Below, piece after piece: positions 17,226-25,716 of a stretch of 32,000 nucleotides of DNA. The stretch comes from Candidatus Saccharimonadota bacterium (GTDB taxonomy: Bacteria; Bacteroidota; Bacteroidia; Flavobacteriales; Blattabacteriaceae), in the NCBI GenBank assembly GCA_029851085.1, contig CP100318.1:305337-337336 (forward strand), given 5' to 3'. The stretch's first letter is position 1. The number at the start of each line of letters is the position of its first letter. The notes under the pieces were generated by a model that was not told the DNA's origin, searched no databases, and saw only the letters and a list, made by a program, of their open reading frames with translations. The position numbers and the translations under genes are program-made.

Positions 17226-17966
17226 ATGAAACTTTTGGAAGGAAAAGTTGCTATTATTACAGGAGGTACTAGGGGAATTGGTAATGCTATTGTAAAATTA
17301 TTTGCACAACATGGTGCTATAGTAATTTTTACATTTATTAATTCAACAGAATTAGCTAAAAATATTGAAAAAAAATTTAGTTATTATTCAATAATAAAAG
17401 GTTATAAAGTTGATGCTGTTGATTTACAAGCATCTCAAGAATTTTCAAATAAAATTTATAAAGAATTTGGAAAAATAGATATTCTTATTAATAATACAGG
17501 AATTATTAAAGATAATTTATTACTACGTATGAGTAAAGAAGATTGGGATAAAGTTATAGAAACAAATTTAAATTCTGTTTTTAATTTTACAAAATCTGTA
17601 ATTATTCCAATGATAAAACAACGTAATGGTTCAATTATTAATATGAGTTCTATTATTGGAATAAATGGTAATGTAGGTCAGGCTAATTATGCTGCTTCTA
17701 AGGCAGGAATAATAGGTTTTACTAAATCTATAGCAAAAGAATTAGGGTCTAGAAATATTCGTTGTAATGCTATAGCTCCTGGATTTATTAATACAGAAAT
17801 GAATGCTTTATTAGATGATAATAAAAAAAAAAATTATATGAATTATATTTCTTTAAAAAAAATTGGTAATCCAATAGATGTAGCTAATTGTTGTTTATTT
17901 TTTGCTTCTGATTTATCAGCTTATGTTACTGGAGAAGTATTAAATGTAAATGGAGGAATGTATTAA
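17226..17966 (+). CDS. fabG: 3-oxoacyl-[acyl-carrier-protein] reductase
   Basis: SDR motifs TGGTRGIG, NNTGI, catalytic S...YAASKAG. The ATG at 17226 (MKLLEGKVAIITGG) is preferred over the TTG at 17220 used by the ORF track. Confidence 0.9.
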   Translation: MKLLEGKVAIITGGTRGIGNAIVKLFAQHGAIVIFTFINSTELAKNIEKKFSYYSIIKGYKVDAVDLQASQEFSNKIYKEFGKIDILINNTGIIKDNLLLRMSKEDWDKVIETNLNSVFNFTKSVIIPMIKQRNGSIINMSSIIGINGNVGQANYAASKAGIIGFTKSIAKELGSRNIRCNAIAPGFINTEMNALLDDNKKKNYMNYISLKKIGNPIDVANCCLFFASDLSAYVTGEVLNVNGGMY

Positions 17967-18119
17967 AAGCAATAAAAATTGATTAGAATATTGCTAAAAA
18001 ATATAAAATTAATTGAAGATAAATACAAAACAACAACACAACATCAAATGTAGTTCATATGCATCTCAATTATTAATTGATTCAGTAGTTACAAAAATAT
18101 AATAAATATTATTGAAGAA

Positions 18120-20258
18120 ATGCGAAAAAAAAATGGTAATATAACTTACACCACAAATGAATATAACGCTTTAAATAAATATTCTAAAAATTTTAATAAA
18201 TTAGCACGTGAAGGAAAATTAGATCCTGTTATTGGAAGAGATGAAGAAATAAGACGGGTATTACAAATTTTATCTAGAAGAACAAAAAATAATCCTATAC
18301 TTATAGGTGAACCTGGAGTTGGTAAAACCGCAATTGTAGAAGGTATTGCTCATCGTATTGTTAATTGTGATGTTCCTGATAATTTAAAAGACAAAGAAGT
18401 TTTTGCTTTAGATATATCTGGATTAATTGCTGGAGCAAAATATAAAGGAGAATTTGAAGAACGAATTAAATCGGTTATTAAAGAAGTTATTCAATCTAAT
18501 GGTAAAGTTATTTTATTTATAGATGAAATTCATACATTAGTAGGTGCAGGAGCCAGTGAAGGAGCTATGGACGCTGCTAATATTTTAAAACCTGCTTTAG
18601 CAAGAGGTGAATTACGAGCTGTGGGAGCTACTACTTTAAATGAGTATCAAAAATATTTTGAAAAAGATAAGGCACTTGAAAGAAGATTTCAAAAAGTATA
18701 TGTTAGTGAACCAGATATAGAATCTGCTATTTCTATTCTTAGAGGAATTAAGGAAAAATATGAAACACATCATAAAGTTCGTATTAAAGATGAAGCTATT
18801 ATTGCATCAGTAGAACTTTCACAAAGATACATTAGTGAAAGATTTTTGCCTGATAAAGCAATAGATCTTATTGATGAGGCAGCTTCTAAATTACGTATGG
18901 AAATTAATTCAAAACCTGAAGAAATTGATGTATTAGACAGAAAGATTATGCAATTAGAAATACAAAGAGAAGCTATAAAAAGAGAAGATGATCAAAAACA
19001 ATTAGCTTCAATTAAGGAATTGATTGCAAAATTAAACGAAAAACGTAATCAATTGAATATTCAATGGAAAGGTGAAAAAGAATTAGTGGAAGGTATACAA
19101 AAATCTAAAGAAATTATAGAAAATTTTAAATTTGAAGCTGAACAAGCTGAACGTATAGGTGATTATGGAAAAGTAGCTGAACTTAGATATGGAAAAATCA
19201 AAAACGAAGAATCTAAAGTAAAAGCACTTGAAGAAAAATTGAGCAAAAGCTATAAAGGTAATAAAATGATTAGAGAAGAAGTTAGTAGTGAAGATATAGC
19301 TGAAGTAGTTTCTAAATGTACTGGTATTCCAATAACTAAAATGTTACAAAGTGAAAGAAAAAAATTACTTCTTCTAGAAAAAGAACTTCATAAACGTGTT
19401 ATTGGTCAAGAAATACCTATTGAAGCTATAGCTAATGCTATACGTCGTTCTAGAGCAGGTCTTCAAGATGAAAAACGTCCAATAGGATCTTTTCTTTTTC
19501 TTGGTCCTACTGGAGTAGGAAAAACAGAGTTAGCTAAAGCTTTAGCTGAATATTTATTTGATGATGAAAATAATATGGTTCGTATTGATATGAGTGAATA
19601 TCAAGAACAACATGCTGTAAGTAGACTAATTGGTTCCCCTCCTGGATATATTGGTTATGAAGAAGGTGGTCAATTAACAGAATATGTACGTAGTCGTCCT
19701 TATACTGTTATTCTACTTGATGAAATAGAAAAAGCTCATTCAGATACTTTTAATATTTTATTACAAGTATTAGATGATGGTAGGCTTACTGACAATAAAG
19801 GTAGGACAGTAAATTTTAAAAATACTATAATTATCATGACTTCTAATATTGGTTCAGATATTATCAGTGATAATTTTAATAAAAAAGATATTGATGATAT
19901 TAAAAATCAATTAATAACATTGTTGAAAACAATGTTACGTCCAGAATTTTTAAATCGTATAGATGATATTATTTTATTTAAACCGTTAACTATAAAAGAA
20001 ATACAGAAAATTGTAAGATTACAGTTTACTTATTTAGTAAATCTTTTATCTAAAAGAAACATTAGGTTAAATGTCACTGATAAAGTGATTGAATATTTGT
20101 CTGAAAAAGGTTATGATCCTTATTTTGGAGCACGTCCTATAAAACGTGTAATTCAACATTATGTATTAAATATACTTTCAAAAGAAATGTTAAAAGGTAA
20201 CATATCAAATAATAGTGAAGTTTTATTAGACTATAAAAAAGGTATTATTATACGTTAA
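18120..20258 (+). CDS. clpB: ATP-dependent chaperone ClpB lacking the N-terminal domain
   Basis: NBD1 Walker A GEPGVGKT and Walker B ILFIDEIH, long coiled-coil middle domain, NBD2 GPTGVGKT and [10 protein letters not shown]. It is 712 aa where a full-length ClpB would be longer, as I recall. The ORF begins about 30 aa before [15 protein letters not shown]. Confidence 0.95.
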   Translation: MRKKNGNITYTTNEYNALNKYSKNFNKLAREGKLDPVIGRDEEIRRVLQILSRRTKNNPILIGEPGVGKTAIVEGIAHRIVNCDVPDNLKDKEVFALDISGLIAGAKYKGEFEERIKSVIKEVIQSNGKVILFIDEIHTLVGAGASEGAMDAANILKPALARGELRAVGATTLNEYQKYFEKDKALERRFQKVYVSEPDIESAISILRGIKEKYETHHKVRIKDEAIIASVELSQRYISERFLPDKAIDLIDEAASKLRMEINSKPEEIDVLDRKIMQLEIQREAIKREDDQKQLASIKELIAKLNEKRNQLNIQWKGEKELVEGIQKSKEIIENFKFEAEQAERIGDYGKVAELRYGKIKNEESKVKALEEKLSKSYKGNKMIREEVSSEDIAEVVSKCTGIPITKMLQSERKKLLLLEKELHKRVIGQEIPIEAIANAIRRSRAGLQDEKRPIGSFLFLGPTGVGKTELAKALAEYLFDDENNMVRIDMSEYQEQHAVSRLIGSPPGYIGYEEGGQLTEYVRSRPYTVILLDEIEKAHSDTFNILLQVLDDGRLTDNKGRTVNFKNTIIIMTSNIGSDIISDNFNKKDIDDIKNQLITLLKTMLRPEFLNRIDDIILFKPLTIKEIQKIVRLQFTYLVNLLSKRNIRLNVTDKVIEYLSEKGYDPYFGARPIKRVIQHYVLNILSKEMLKGNISNNSEVLLDYKKGIIIR

Positions 20259-20263
20259 AGAAG

Positions 20264-20337
20264 CGGTCTGGACGGGATTCGAACCCGTGACCACGTGCGT
20301 GACAGGCACGCATTCTAACCAACTGAACTACCAGACC
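20264..20337 (-). tRNA. tRNA-Asp (anticodon GUC)
   Basis: Folded by hand from the reverse complement. Acceptor GGTCTGG/CCAGACC, D arm GTTC..GAAT, anticodon stem CGTGC/GCACG with loop CTGTCAC (GTC), variable loop TGGTC, T arm ACGGG-TTCGAAT-CCCGT, discriminator G. It is a GC-rich island in AT-rich DNA. The 3' CCA is not encoded (followed by CTT). Confidence 0.95.
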
Positions 20338-20340
20338 AAA

Positions 20341-20649
20341 ATGAAATGATTATAAATATAATAATTCATTTAATGAAATGAATATAATAATTCATTTAAT
20401 GAAATGATTATAAATATAATAATTCATTTAATGAAATGAATATAATAATTCATTTAATGAAATATAATAATTCATTTAATGAAATGATTATAAATATAAT
20501 AATTCATTTAATGAAATGATTATAATAATTCATTTAATTAATGAAATGATTATAATAATTCATTTAATTAATGAAATGATTATAATAATTCATTTAATGA
20601 AATGATTATAAATATAATAATTCATTTAATGATTATAATAATTCATTTA
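20341..20649. repeat. imperfect minisatellite: 11 copies of the core tataataattcattta at 21-32 bp spacing
   Basis: Core starts are at 20357, 20383, 20415, 20441, 20463, 20495, 20521, 20551, 20581, 20613 and 20634. It includes a perfect 58-bp higher-order duplication (20341-20398 = 20399-20456). The last copy forms the final codons and stop of trxA. Confidence 0.95.
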
Positions 20650-20956
20650 ACTTATTATTTATAGTATCTATTGATACTATTCCTATAGATCTATCTATTT
20701 CTTTACCATTTTTAAAAAAGATTAATGTAGGAATACTTTTAATTGAGTATTTGATTACATTTTTTTTATTATTATTATTGTCAATATTAATTTTGTATAT
20801 AAAGACTTTGTCTTTATATTTATTAGATAATTCATCTATTTGAGGAGAAAATATTTTGCATGGTCCACACCAATCTGCCCAAAAATATACTAAAACCGGT
20901 TTATTAGCTTTAATTATTTTTTTATCAAAATTAATATCATTTATTTCTTGTCCCAT
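20633..20956 (-). CDS. trxA: thioredoxin
   Basis: 107 aa with active site WADWCGPCK and a typical thioredoxin fold length. The C-terminal NELL-stop lies within the repeat array. Confidence 0.95.
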   Translation of the reverse strand: MGQEINDINFDKKIIKANKPVLVYFWADWCGPCKIFSPQIDELSNKYKDKVFIYKINIDNNNNKKNVIKYSIKSIPTLIFFKNGKEIDRSIGIVSIDTINNKLNELL

Positions 20957-20963
20957 ATAAAAT

Positions 20964-23900
20964 TTAATTTTTGTTTATGCCTATGCCTAATACTTCTTTT
21001 TCTTTACATAATTTTATTATGTTTTTCCATGGATCACAATAGGGTATAAAAGGTTCTTTTATATCTATTTCTTCTATATTATTACTAAATAAAGATTGTT
21101 TAATTTGTTTTATATATTTTTGGTATTTGATACCAAAAAGTATTATATTTTCTAATACATTTTTATTAAAATATTGTGCTATATCTATATTAAAACTGTA
21201 AAAAGCACCTGATAAAATTAAATTTTCTAATATTTTTTTATTTATTATACGTAAATCAATACGTTTAATAAAATTAAAAATTGAAGTATATATACCATTT
21301 AATTTACGTTCTTGTAAAATATTTGATACCGCAACATCACCTATACCTTTTATTGCTAAAATACCAAATCTAATACCTCCATTATCATTAATGGTAAAAG
21401 TATCTTCACTTTTATTTATATCTGGATTTAAAATTTTTATACCCATTTTTAGACATTCTTCTATAAAGATAGGTATATCTTTTGTATTTTGCATATTATT
21501 ACTTAATACAGATGTCATAAATTCTACAGGATAATGTGCTTTTAGATAAGCAGTTTTAAAAGCTAGATAAGCATAGCAAGTTGAGTGTGATTTATTGAAT
21601 GCATATGATGCAAAAGCTTCCCAATCTTGCCATATTTTTTTTATTTTTTTATAAGGATATCCATTTTTAATAGATTGTTCTATAAATTTTTTTTTAAGGT
21701 TAAGTAATATATTCTTTTGTTTTTTTCCTATAGCTTGTATTAAAAGATCTGCTTCACTTTTGCTAAAATTTGCTAATTGTTGAGATAACAACATTACTTG
21801 TTCTTGATATACAGTTATGCCATAAGTGTTTTTTAAAATGTTTTTCATTTCAGGTAAATCATAAATTATAGATTCTTTACCATGTTTACGAGCTATAAAA
21901 TTTGGTATATATTGTAATGGACCTGGTCTATATAAAGCATTCATTGCAATTAAGTCATTAAATTGATCAGGTTTAAGTTTACGTAAATATCTTTGCATTC
22001 CAATAGATTCATATTGAAATATTCCTATTGTTTCTCCTTTTTTAAAAATATCATAAGTTTTAGTATCTTCTAAAGGAAATTGTTTAATAGTTACATTTTT
22101 TATTTTTTTAACAAGTTTTATAGTATTATTTATAATAGTTAATGTTTTTAATCCTAAAAAATCCATTTTTAATAAACCAGCACTTTCTACTATTTTATTG
22201 TTAAATTGAGTAATTAGTAAATCTGAATCTTTTGATATAGCTATTGGAACAATCTCTTTTATATCTAATGGTGTAATTATAATTCCACAAGCGTGGATTC
22301 CTGTATTTCGTATAGATCCTTCAATTATTTTTGCTTGTTGAATAATTTTTCCTTTTAAACTTTTTTTGTTATTTAAATATTTTTTTAATAATAGAATATT
22401 TTCTATTTCAGACTTATTAAATTTTTTCTTTAATACAGATATTTCTGTTGAAGAAATACTTTTAAGTGATATATTATTAGGTATTAATTTAGTTATTTTA
22501 TTAGTTTCATTTAAAGGAAAATTTAAAACTCTAGCTGTATCTCGTATAGCTAATTTAGCACCAATTGTACCATAAGTAATGATTTGAGCTACATGATTGT
22601 ATCCATATTTTTTTACTACCCATTTAATAATTTTATCGCGACCACGATCATCAAAGTCAATATCAATATCTGGAAGAGATAGACGGTCTGGATTTAAAAA
22701 TCTTTCAAATAGTAGATCATATTTAATTGGATCTATTTCAGTTATACCTATGCAATAAGCAACTATAGATCCAGCTACTGAACCTCTTCCTGGCCCTACA
22801 CAAATATTCATTTTTTTTGCGTTTAAAATAAAATCATATACAATTAAAAAATATCCTGGATAATCAATATCTTTTATTATATTAAGTTCATATTCTATTC
22901 GTTTTTTTATAAAATTATTTAATTTAAAATAACGTTTTTTTGCTCCTTTATATGTTAAATATTTTAAATATGCATTTTCATTAATAAAATTGTTAGGTAT
23001 CCTAAATTTAGGTACTAAAATGGATTTATTTAGTTCATATACTTCTATTTTAGATAGTAAATCCTCTAAGTTAATAAAAGCTTCTGGTATATCTTTAAAA
23101 AGATCTACCATTTGCCAAGGACTTTTAAAATAAAATTCATCATTGGGAAACCCAAAACGATATCCTTTTCCTTGTCCTATAGGAGTATTTTGTTTTTCTC
23201 CATAACGTATACATAATAAAATATCATGTGCATTGGCATCTATTTTTTCAAGATAGAAAGTATTATTTTGTACAATATATTTTACATTGTATTTTTTTGC
23301 TAACGTTAGCAATACGTTATTAACATAATTTTCTATACTACCATTACGTAATAATTCAATATAGAAATCTTCACCAAAACATTTATACCACCAATTGAAT
23401 ACTTTTTCACCAGCAGATTCTCCCATATTTATAATTGTATGTGGAATTTCAGAATTTAAATCTCCGCTTAAAGCAATTAAACCTTCTTTATATTGTTCAA
23501 TTAATTTTTTATTTACATTGGGGATTCCATTATAGTATCCTTTTATAAATCCTTGTGAACACAATTTAGATAAATTATGATATCCTTTTTTATTTTTTGC
23601 TAAAAAAACTTGATTATAACGTTTATAATTTTCGTTTAAATTGTATGAAAGAAATAATTCACAACCTATAATTCCTTTTAATTTTTTTTTATTTATTTTA
23701 TTAACTTCTTGAATAGTATTTAAAAAATGAAAAGCTCCCATCATATTACCATAATCAGTAATACCTACTGCAGGCATATTCCAATATACTGCTTTATTTA
23801 CTAATGATTTAATATCAATTGTAGAATATAAAATAGAAAAATGTGTATGATTATGTAAATTAGCAAATTTTTGTACAAGTATATTTTGATTATTATTCTG

Positions 23901-24518
23901 ATTATAATTAATAATATTATTATAATCTATTTTAAATAGATTATGATTGGATATAACTCCTATACGTATAAGTTCTGAAAAACATAGTGTAGTGGCCATT
24001 ACATCAGCATTAGCATCATGTACTCCATCATAATATTTATTAAATAATTTATAATATAATTCCCGTAATGTTGGCCATTTGTATTTTCCAAATGTACCTG
24101 GAATAGAACAATATGTAGAAGATACTTTTTGAGTATCTATTATTTTTTTTTTTAAATGGTTAACATTAAACCCATTTCTGATAAATTCTCCATAAACAAT
24201 TTTTATATCAAATTCTAAATTATGTCCAATTATAATGCTACTATTTTTTAAATCATTTTCAAAACTTTTAAGTACCATTTTTAATGGGTATCCTTCATTA
24301 TATGCACGTTCTGTAGTAATGCCATGTATTTTTGTTGATTGTATGGGAATATCAAAACCTTCAGGTATAATTATGAAATTTTTATTTTTAATAAAATTAC
24401 CTAAATGATCATAACATTGCCAAGCAATTTGTACTATACGTGGAAAATTTTTATAATTAGAATTAGTCTTATTAATATTATTAATTCCTGTAGTTTCTGT
24501 ATCAAAAATAATGTACAT
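20964..24518 (-). CDS. dnaE: DNA polymerase III alpha subunit with fused N-terminal DEDDh 3'-5' exonuclease domain and no OB-fold or C-terminal domain
   Basis: Exonuclease motifs FDTETTG, GHNLEFD and HDANADV lie in aa 1-185. The PHP domain starts at FANLHNHTHFS (~aa 218). Palm aspartates are in PDIDIDFDDRGRD and KMDFLGLKTL. An internal clamp-binding-like QSLF is present. The ORF ends ...EKEVLGIGINKN-stop, 7 nt before the trxA start. Confidence 0.93.
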   Translation of the reverse strand: MYIIFDTETTGINNINKTNSNYKNFPRIVQIAWQCYDHLGNFIKNKNFIIIPEGFDIPIQSTKIHGITTERAYNEGYPLKMVLKSFENDLKNSSIIIGHNLEFDIKIVYGEFIRNGFNVNHLKKKIIDTQKVSSTYCSIPGTFGKYKWPTLRELYYKLFNKYYDGVHDANADVMATTLCFSELIRIGVISNHNLFKIDYNNIINYNQNNNQNILVQKFANLHNHTHFSILYSTIDIKSLVNKAVYWNMPAVGITDYGNMMGAFHFLNTIQEVNKINKKKLKGIIGCELFLSYNLNENYKRYNQVFLAKNKKGYHNLSKLCSQGFIKGYYNGIPNVNKKLIEQYKEGLIALSGDLNSEIPHTIINMGESAGEKVFNWWYKCFGEDFYIELLRNGSIENYVNNVLLTLAKKYNVKYIVQNNTFYLEKIDANAHDILLCIRYGEKQNTPIGQGKGYRFGFPNDEFYFKSPWQMVDLFKDIPEAFINLEDLLSKIEVYELNKSILVPKFRIPNNFINENAYLKYLTYKGAKKRYFKLNNFIKKRIEYELNIIKDIDYPGYFLIVYDFILNAKKMNICVGPGRGSVAGSIVAYCIGITEIDPIKYDLLFERFLNPDRLSLPDIDIDFDDRGRDKIIKWVVKKYGYNHVAQIITYGTIGAKLAIRDTARVLNFPLNETNKITKLIPNNISLKSISSTEISVLKKKFNKSEIENILLLKKYLNNKKSLKGKIIQQAKIIEGSIRNTGIHACGIIITPLDIKEIVPIAISKDSDLLITQFNNKIVESAGLLKMDFLGLKTLTIINNTIKLVKKIKNVTIKQFPLEDTKTYDIFKKGETIGIFQYESIGMQRYLRKLKPDQFNDLIAMNALYRPGPLQYIPNFIARKHGKESIIYDLPEMKNILKNTYGITVYQEQVMLLSQQLANFSKSEADLLIQAIGKKQKNILLNLKKKFIEQSIKNGYPYKKIKKIWQDWEAFASYAFNKSHSTCYAYLAFKTAYLKAHYPVEFMTSVLSNNMQNTKDIPIFIEECLKMGIKILNPDINKSEDTFTINDNGGIRFGILAIKGIGDVAVSNILQERKLNGIYTSIFNFIKRIDLRIINKKILENLILSGAFYSFNIDIAQYFNKNVLENIILFGIKYQKYIKQIKQSLFSNNIEEIDIKEPFIPYCDPWKNIIKLCKEKEVLGIGINKN

Positions 24519-24522
24519 ATAC

Positions 24523-25716
24523 TTATAACTTTTTTAATAAGTTATATACTTCTAAAGAAATTTGTAATTCTTCATTGGTAGGTATTACAAGAATCTTAAT
24601 TTTTGCATCATTTTTTTGTATTTCTTCAATTTTTTGAATATGTTTAATTCTATTATTTTTTTTATTATCTAAATAAATACCTAAAAATTCCATTTTATAA
24701 CAAATTAAATAACGAATTAATTCATCATTTTCTCCAATTCCTCCTGTAAATATTATAGCATCTAACCCATTCATTATGGAAATAAAACTACCTATATATT
24801 TTTTAACTTTATGAGCATACATTTCGTATGCTAAACGGGCTTTTGAATTACCTTTATCATAAGCTAATTTAATATCACGCATATCACTATAACCTGATAT
24901 AGAAAGCATTCCACTTTTTTTATTTAAAATTTCTGATAATTCATCTGGAGTATAATTATATTTTAAAGCATAAAATATAACAGTACTATCTATGTCTCCA
25001 ACACGTGTACCCATTATTAAACCACTATTAGGACCAAATCCCATAGAAGTTTCTACAGAAATACCATTTTCAACTGCTGTTGCACTAGCTCCATTACCTA
25101 AATGTAGAATAATTAATTTTTTTGATTTTTTTAAGTATTTTATTGCACATTGTGATACATATTTATGACTAATTCCATGAAATCCATAAGAACGAATTTT
25201 ATATTTATAATAAAATAAATCAGGAATTGCATATCTATAAGATTTTTTAGGCAAACTATGATGAAAAGCTGTATCAAAAACAGCTACTTGTTGTATATTA
25301 GGAAATATTTTTTCTGCTACTTCAATACCAATATAATTTGCTGGATTATGTAATGGAGCTATATTAAAAAGTGATTTAATTAGTTTTTTAACGTATTCAG
25401 TAATTAAAGTTGTCTCTATAAGAGATTCTCCACCATGTACTACTCGATGTCCTATAGCAGATATTTCATTACGAGAATCAATTATACCAGTATTAGGATC
25501 TGATAATAACAGATCAATCTTTTCAATACCTGTTTTATGATTATTAATAAATAAATTAATATTTTTTTTTACATTATTAAAATGTTGAAAAGTCATTTTA
25601 CTTGAAGGTGTACCAATACGTTCTATTAAACCCTTAGATAAAACAAATTTTTCTGGCATAGAAATTAATTGATATTTTATTGATGAACTTCCTGAATTAA
25701 TAATTAGTATTTTCAT
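24523..25716 (-). CDS. ackA: acetate kinase
   Basis: [18 protein letters not shown]-terminus, with GHRVVHGG, GFHGISH, HLGNGAS and FTGGIGEN. The start is placed at ATG 25716, and the track's 14-codon upstream extension overlaps pta and is not homologous. Confidence 0.93.
   Translation of the reverse strand: MKILIINSGSSSIKYQLISMPEKFVLSKGLIERIGTPSSKMTFQHFNNVKKNINLFINNHKTGIEKIDLLLSDPNTGIIDSRNEISAIGHRVVHGGESLIETTLITEYVKKLIKSLFNIAPLHNPANYIGIEVAEKIFPNIQQVAVFDTAFHHSLPKKSYRYAIPDLFYYKYKIRSYGFHGISHKYVSQCAIKYLKKSKKLIILHLGNGASATAVENGISVETSMGFGPNSGLIMGTRVGDIDSTVIFYALKYNYTPDELSEILNKKSGMLSISGYSDMRDIKLAYDKGNSKARLAYEMYAHKVKKYIGSFISIMNGLDAIIFTGGIGENDELIRYLICYKMEFLGIYLDNKKNNRIKHIQKIEEIQKNDAKIKILVIPTNEELQISLEVYNLLKKL

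Noticed and set aside
17968-17995. Inverted repeat agcaata-(14 nt)-tattgct just after the fabG stop, considered as a rho-independent terminator
   Set aside because: The 7-bp stem is mostly A/T, the loop is large, and it is followed by an A-run rather than a T-run on the fabG strand. It cannot be distinguished from chance in DNA of this composition.
20341-20649. The repeat array considered as a CRISPR array
   Set aside because: The units are contiguous and 21-32 bp long, with no unique spacers between them. There are no cas genes and the array overlaps the trxA 3' end, so it is a minisatellite.
22366-22575. 69-aa ORF on the + strand
   Set aside because: It is antisense within dnaE.
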